Made by a program: the position numbers and the translations under genes. DNA of 64,000 nt from IMG/VR virus record IMGVR_UViG_3300050034_000081; one strand, 5' to 3'. A model generated the notes under the pieces. It was not told where the DNA came from. It saw nothing but the letters and a program-made list of their open reading frames with translations, and did no database searches. This DNA is from a virus. The first letter of the stretch is position 1. Each line of letters begins with the position of its first letter. Shown in pieces: positions 62,707 through 64,000 of the stretch.

Positions 62707-63889
62707 GTATTCGGCTATTAACGCAATGCATCAATGTCGCTTGTGGTGCTATAATACTTATCGTCTCAAGCTTCCCGGTTATAAAAATAAATTTGCAAAG
62801 TTAGGAACCGTTCTTCATGATGTATTAGAAGAATATGGAAAATATTGTATTAAGAATAAAGTTGATACTGATTATACTGAATTTGATAAAATTAAATATA
62901 AATATCTTAATGTACTTCAAGAAGATCAAATTGCAGAAGCTCTTTTAATTTTAGATAATATTAAGACTAATTTTAACTGGTCTGCTCTGAAAGAATTTGA
63001 ACTTATTGATATTGAAGCACGATATGCAATTGATAAAGATTTAAATATTACCGAAGATCCTAATCCATATCTTTCTGGTGGTGTGGATCTTTTTTATGCT
63101 GACGGTGATATTGGTTATGTTGATGATTATAAAAGTGTAAGAACTATTTATACTAAAGGTTATATGAGTAAATCTTTGCAGCGTAAGATTTACTCATTGC
63201 TTCTTTTGATGAAATATCCTGAATTGAATGTAATTAAGTTTAGATTTAACTTTATTCGTTATGGATTCATTTCAGATTATTTTGATATTTATCGAGAAGA
63301 ATTAGATACTCTCGCTCCAATGATTGTTGAAGAGATTGAAGCTCTTAATAATCTTCTTAGTCAAGAAAATCCTCCAGAACCTAGTGCTGGGGGACATTGT
63401 ATTCTTTGCGAAAGTCGAGCTACTTGTCCTGCATATAAAAATGCTTTTGCTAAGATTGAACAAATTAATACTGAAGAAGATGCAGTTAAATTATTTGGAG
63501 CTTATAAACTAGCTTCTATTCGCATTAAAAATATGGAAGAGATTTTAAAACTTTGGATTGATAATAATAGTCCAATTAAATTTAAGGATGAGCAATATGG
63601 TCCCCAAAGTTATGATAAAATCGAATTTGAAGATACATTAAAATTAATTGATATTTTAAAAGAAGCTGAAGTTCCTGAAGGTGCAATCTTTGAACAATTA
63701 AATATGTCAAATACTAAAGTTAAGAAGATTGTGAAGAAATTTAAATTATCTGAAGATATTCAGAAGAAGATTGCTAAGATTGCAACAAATTCTCAATATA
63801 CTAAATTTAATTCAATTAAGTTAACTGAAGAAGATGTAGAAGAATTAGAGGAAGAAATTCAGGATCAATTAGTGGACCAATATTTATGA
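62669..63889 (+). CDS. Cas4/AddB-like PD-(D/E)XK exonuclease
   Basis: YSAI...QC...GTVLH, GGVDL, DDYKS, C-terminal HCILC-x5-C giving four Cys for an Fe-S cluster. Confidence 0.85.
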   Translation: MANNSNLAVIGARYSAINAMHQCRLWCYNTYRLKLPGYKNKFAKLGTVLHDVLEEYGKYCIKNKVDTDYTEFDKIKYKYLNVLQEDQIAEALLILDNIKTNFNWSALKEFELIDIEARYAIDKDLNITEDPNPYLSGGVDLFYADGDIGYVDDYKSVRTIYTKGYMSKSLQRKIYSLLLLMKYPELNVIKFRFNFIRYGFISDYFDIYREELDTLAPMIVEEIEALNNLLSQENPPEPSAGGHCILCESRATCPAYKNAFAKIEQINTEEDAVKLFGAYKLASIRIKNMEEILKLWIDNNSPIKFKDEQYGPQSYDKIEFEDTLKLIDILKEAEVPEGAIFEQLNMSNTKVKKIVKKFKLSEDIQKKIAKIATNSQYTKFNSIKLTEEDVEELEEEIQDQLVDQYL

Positions 63890-64000
63890 TTGCTGGTGTA
63901 TTAACTAAATATTTAAAAAAAGTAAAAGAATTTGCAAATGAGAAATCATCTTATGAATTATGTAAAAATGTAAAAATAAAGGGAACTGAAAAGCAAATAA
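63886..64000 (+). CDS. Hypothetical protein, 3'-truncated by window edge
   Basis: ATG 63886 overlaps the upstream stop; open to the end of the window. Confidence 0.5.
   Translation, partial: MIAGVLTKYLKKVKEFANEKSSYELCKNVKIKGTEKQI

Noticed and set aside
8077-63512. Numerous shadow ORFs in the track (e.g. 974-1177, 5129-5362, 8077-8427, 17229-17558, 29416-29655, 40122-40394, 49592-49840, 56406-56774, 63324-63512)
   Set aside because: They are antisense or out-of-frame overlaps of well-supported genes, without RBS or recognisable motifs.
1-64000. Stop-codon reassignment (alternative genetic code)
   Set aside because: Conserved long genes (dnaE, terL, primase-helicase) are intact in code 11, and TAA, TAG and TGA all end coupled genes.

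Overview
AT-rich (roughly 30% GC) 64-kb segment of a large lytic tailed phage, most likely a myovirus with a contractile tail, using the standard genetic code. Layout: (1) nucleotide-metabolism and accessory genes (SLOG/YspA, dNMP kinase, a Gly-Tyr/Gly-Asp repeat protein); (2) a minus-strand block (2.4-6.8 kb) of small basic proteins starting MSLIKLA plus three membrane proteins that may be a lysis cassette; (3) early genes (RHH regulator, SSB, many small ORFs, DUF2786-like protein), containing an intact IS200/IS605 tnpB-only element and a promoter-to-terminator structured non-coding RNA candidate, and ending in a DnaE-type DNA polymerase; (4) a plus-strand tail/baseplate/portal/neck/sheath/tube block (19.7-37.8 kb); (5) a minus-strand head block (adaptor, major capsid, scaffold-like proteins, prohead protease, terminase; 38.1-48.7 kb); (6) a replication/recombination block (HNH, resolvase-like nuclease, SNF2 helicase, primase-helicase, SMC-like ATPase, SLT, RecD-like helicase, Cas4-like nuclease). 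The most notable unexplained signals are a pervasive K-x-A motif with a shared [MG]S-L-I-K-L-A leader on head and small cationic glycine-zipper proteins (candidate capsid-targeting and proteolytic cargo system), the ~230-nt ncRNA candidate, a split tail sheath with a paralogous half, an NCLDV-like helicase inside the tail module, and a TnpB with a Fanzor-like rearranged RuvC site. All family assignments come from motifs recognised by eye; no database search or folding computation was run.
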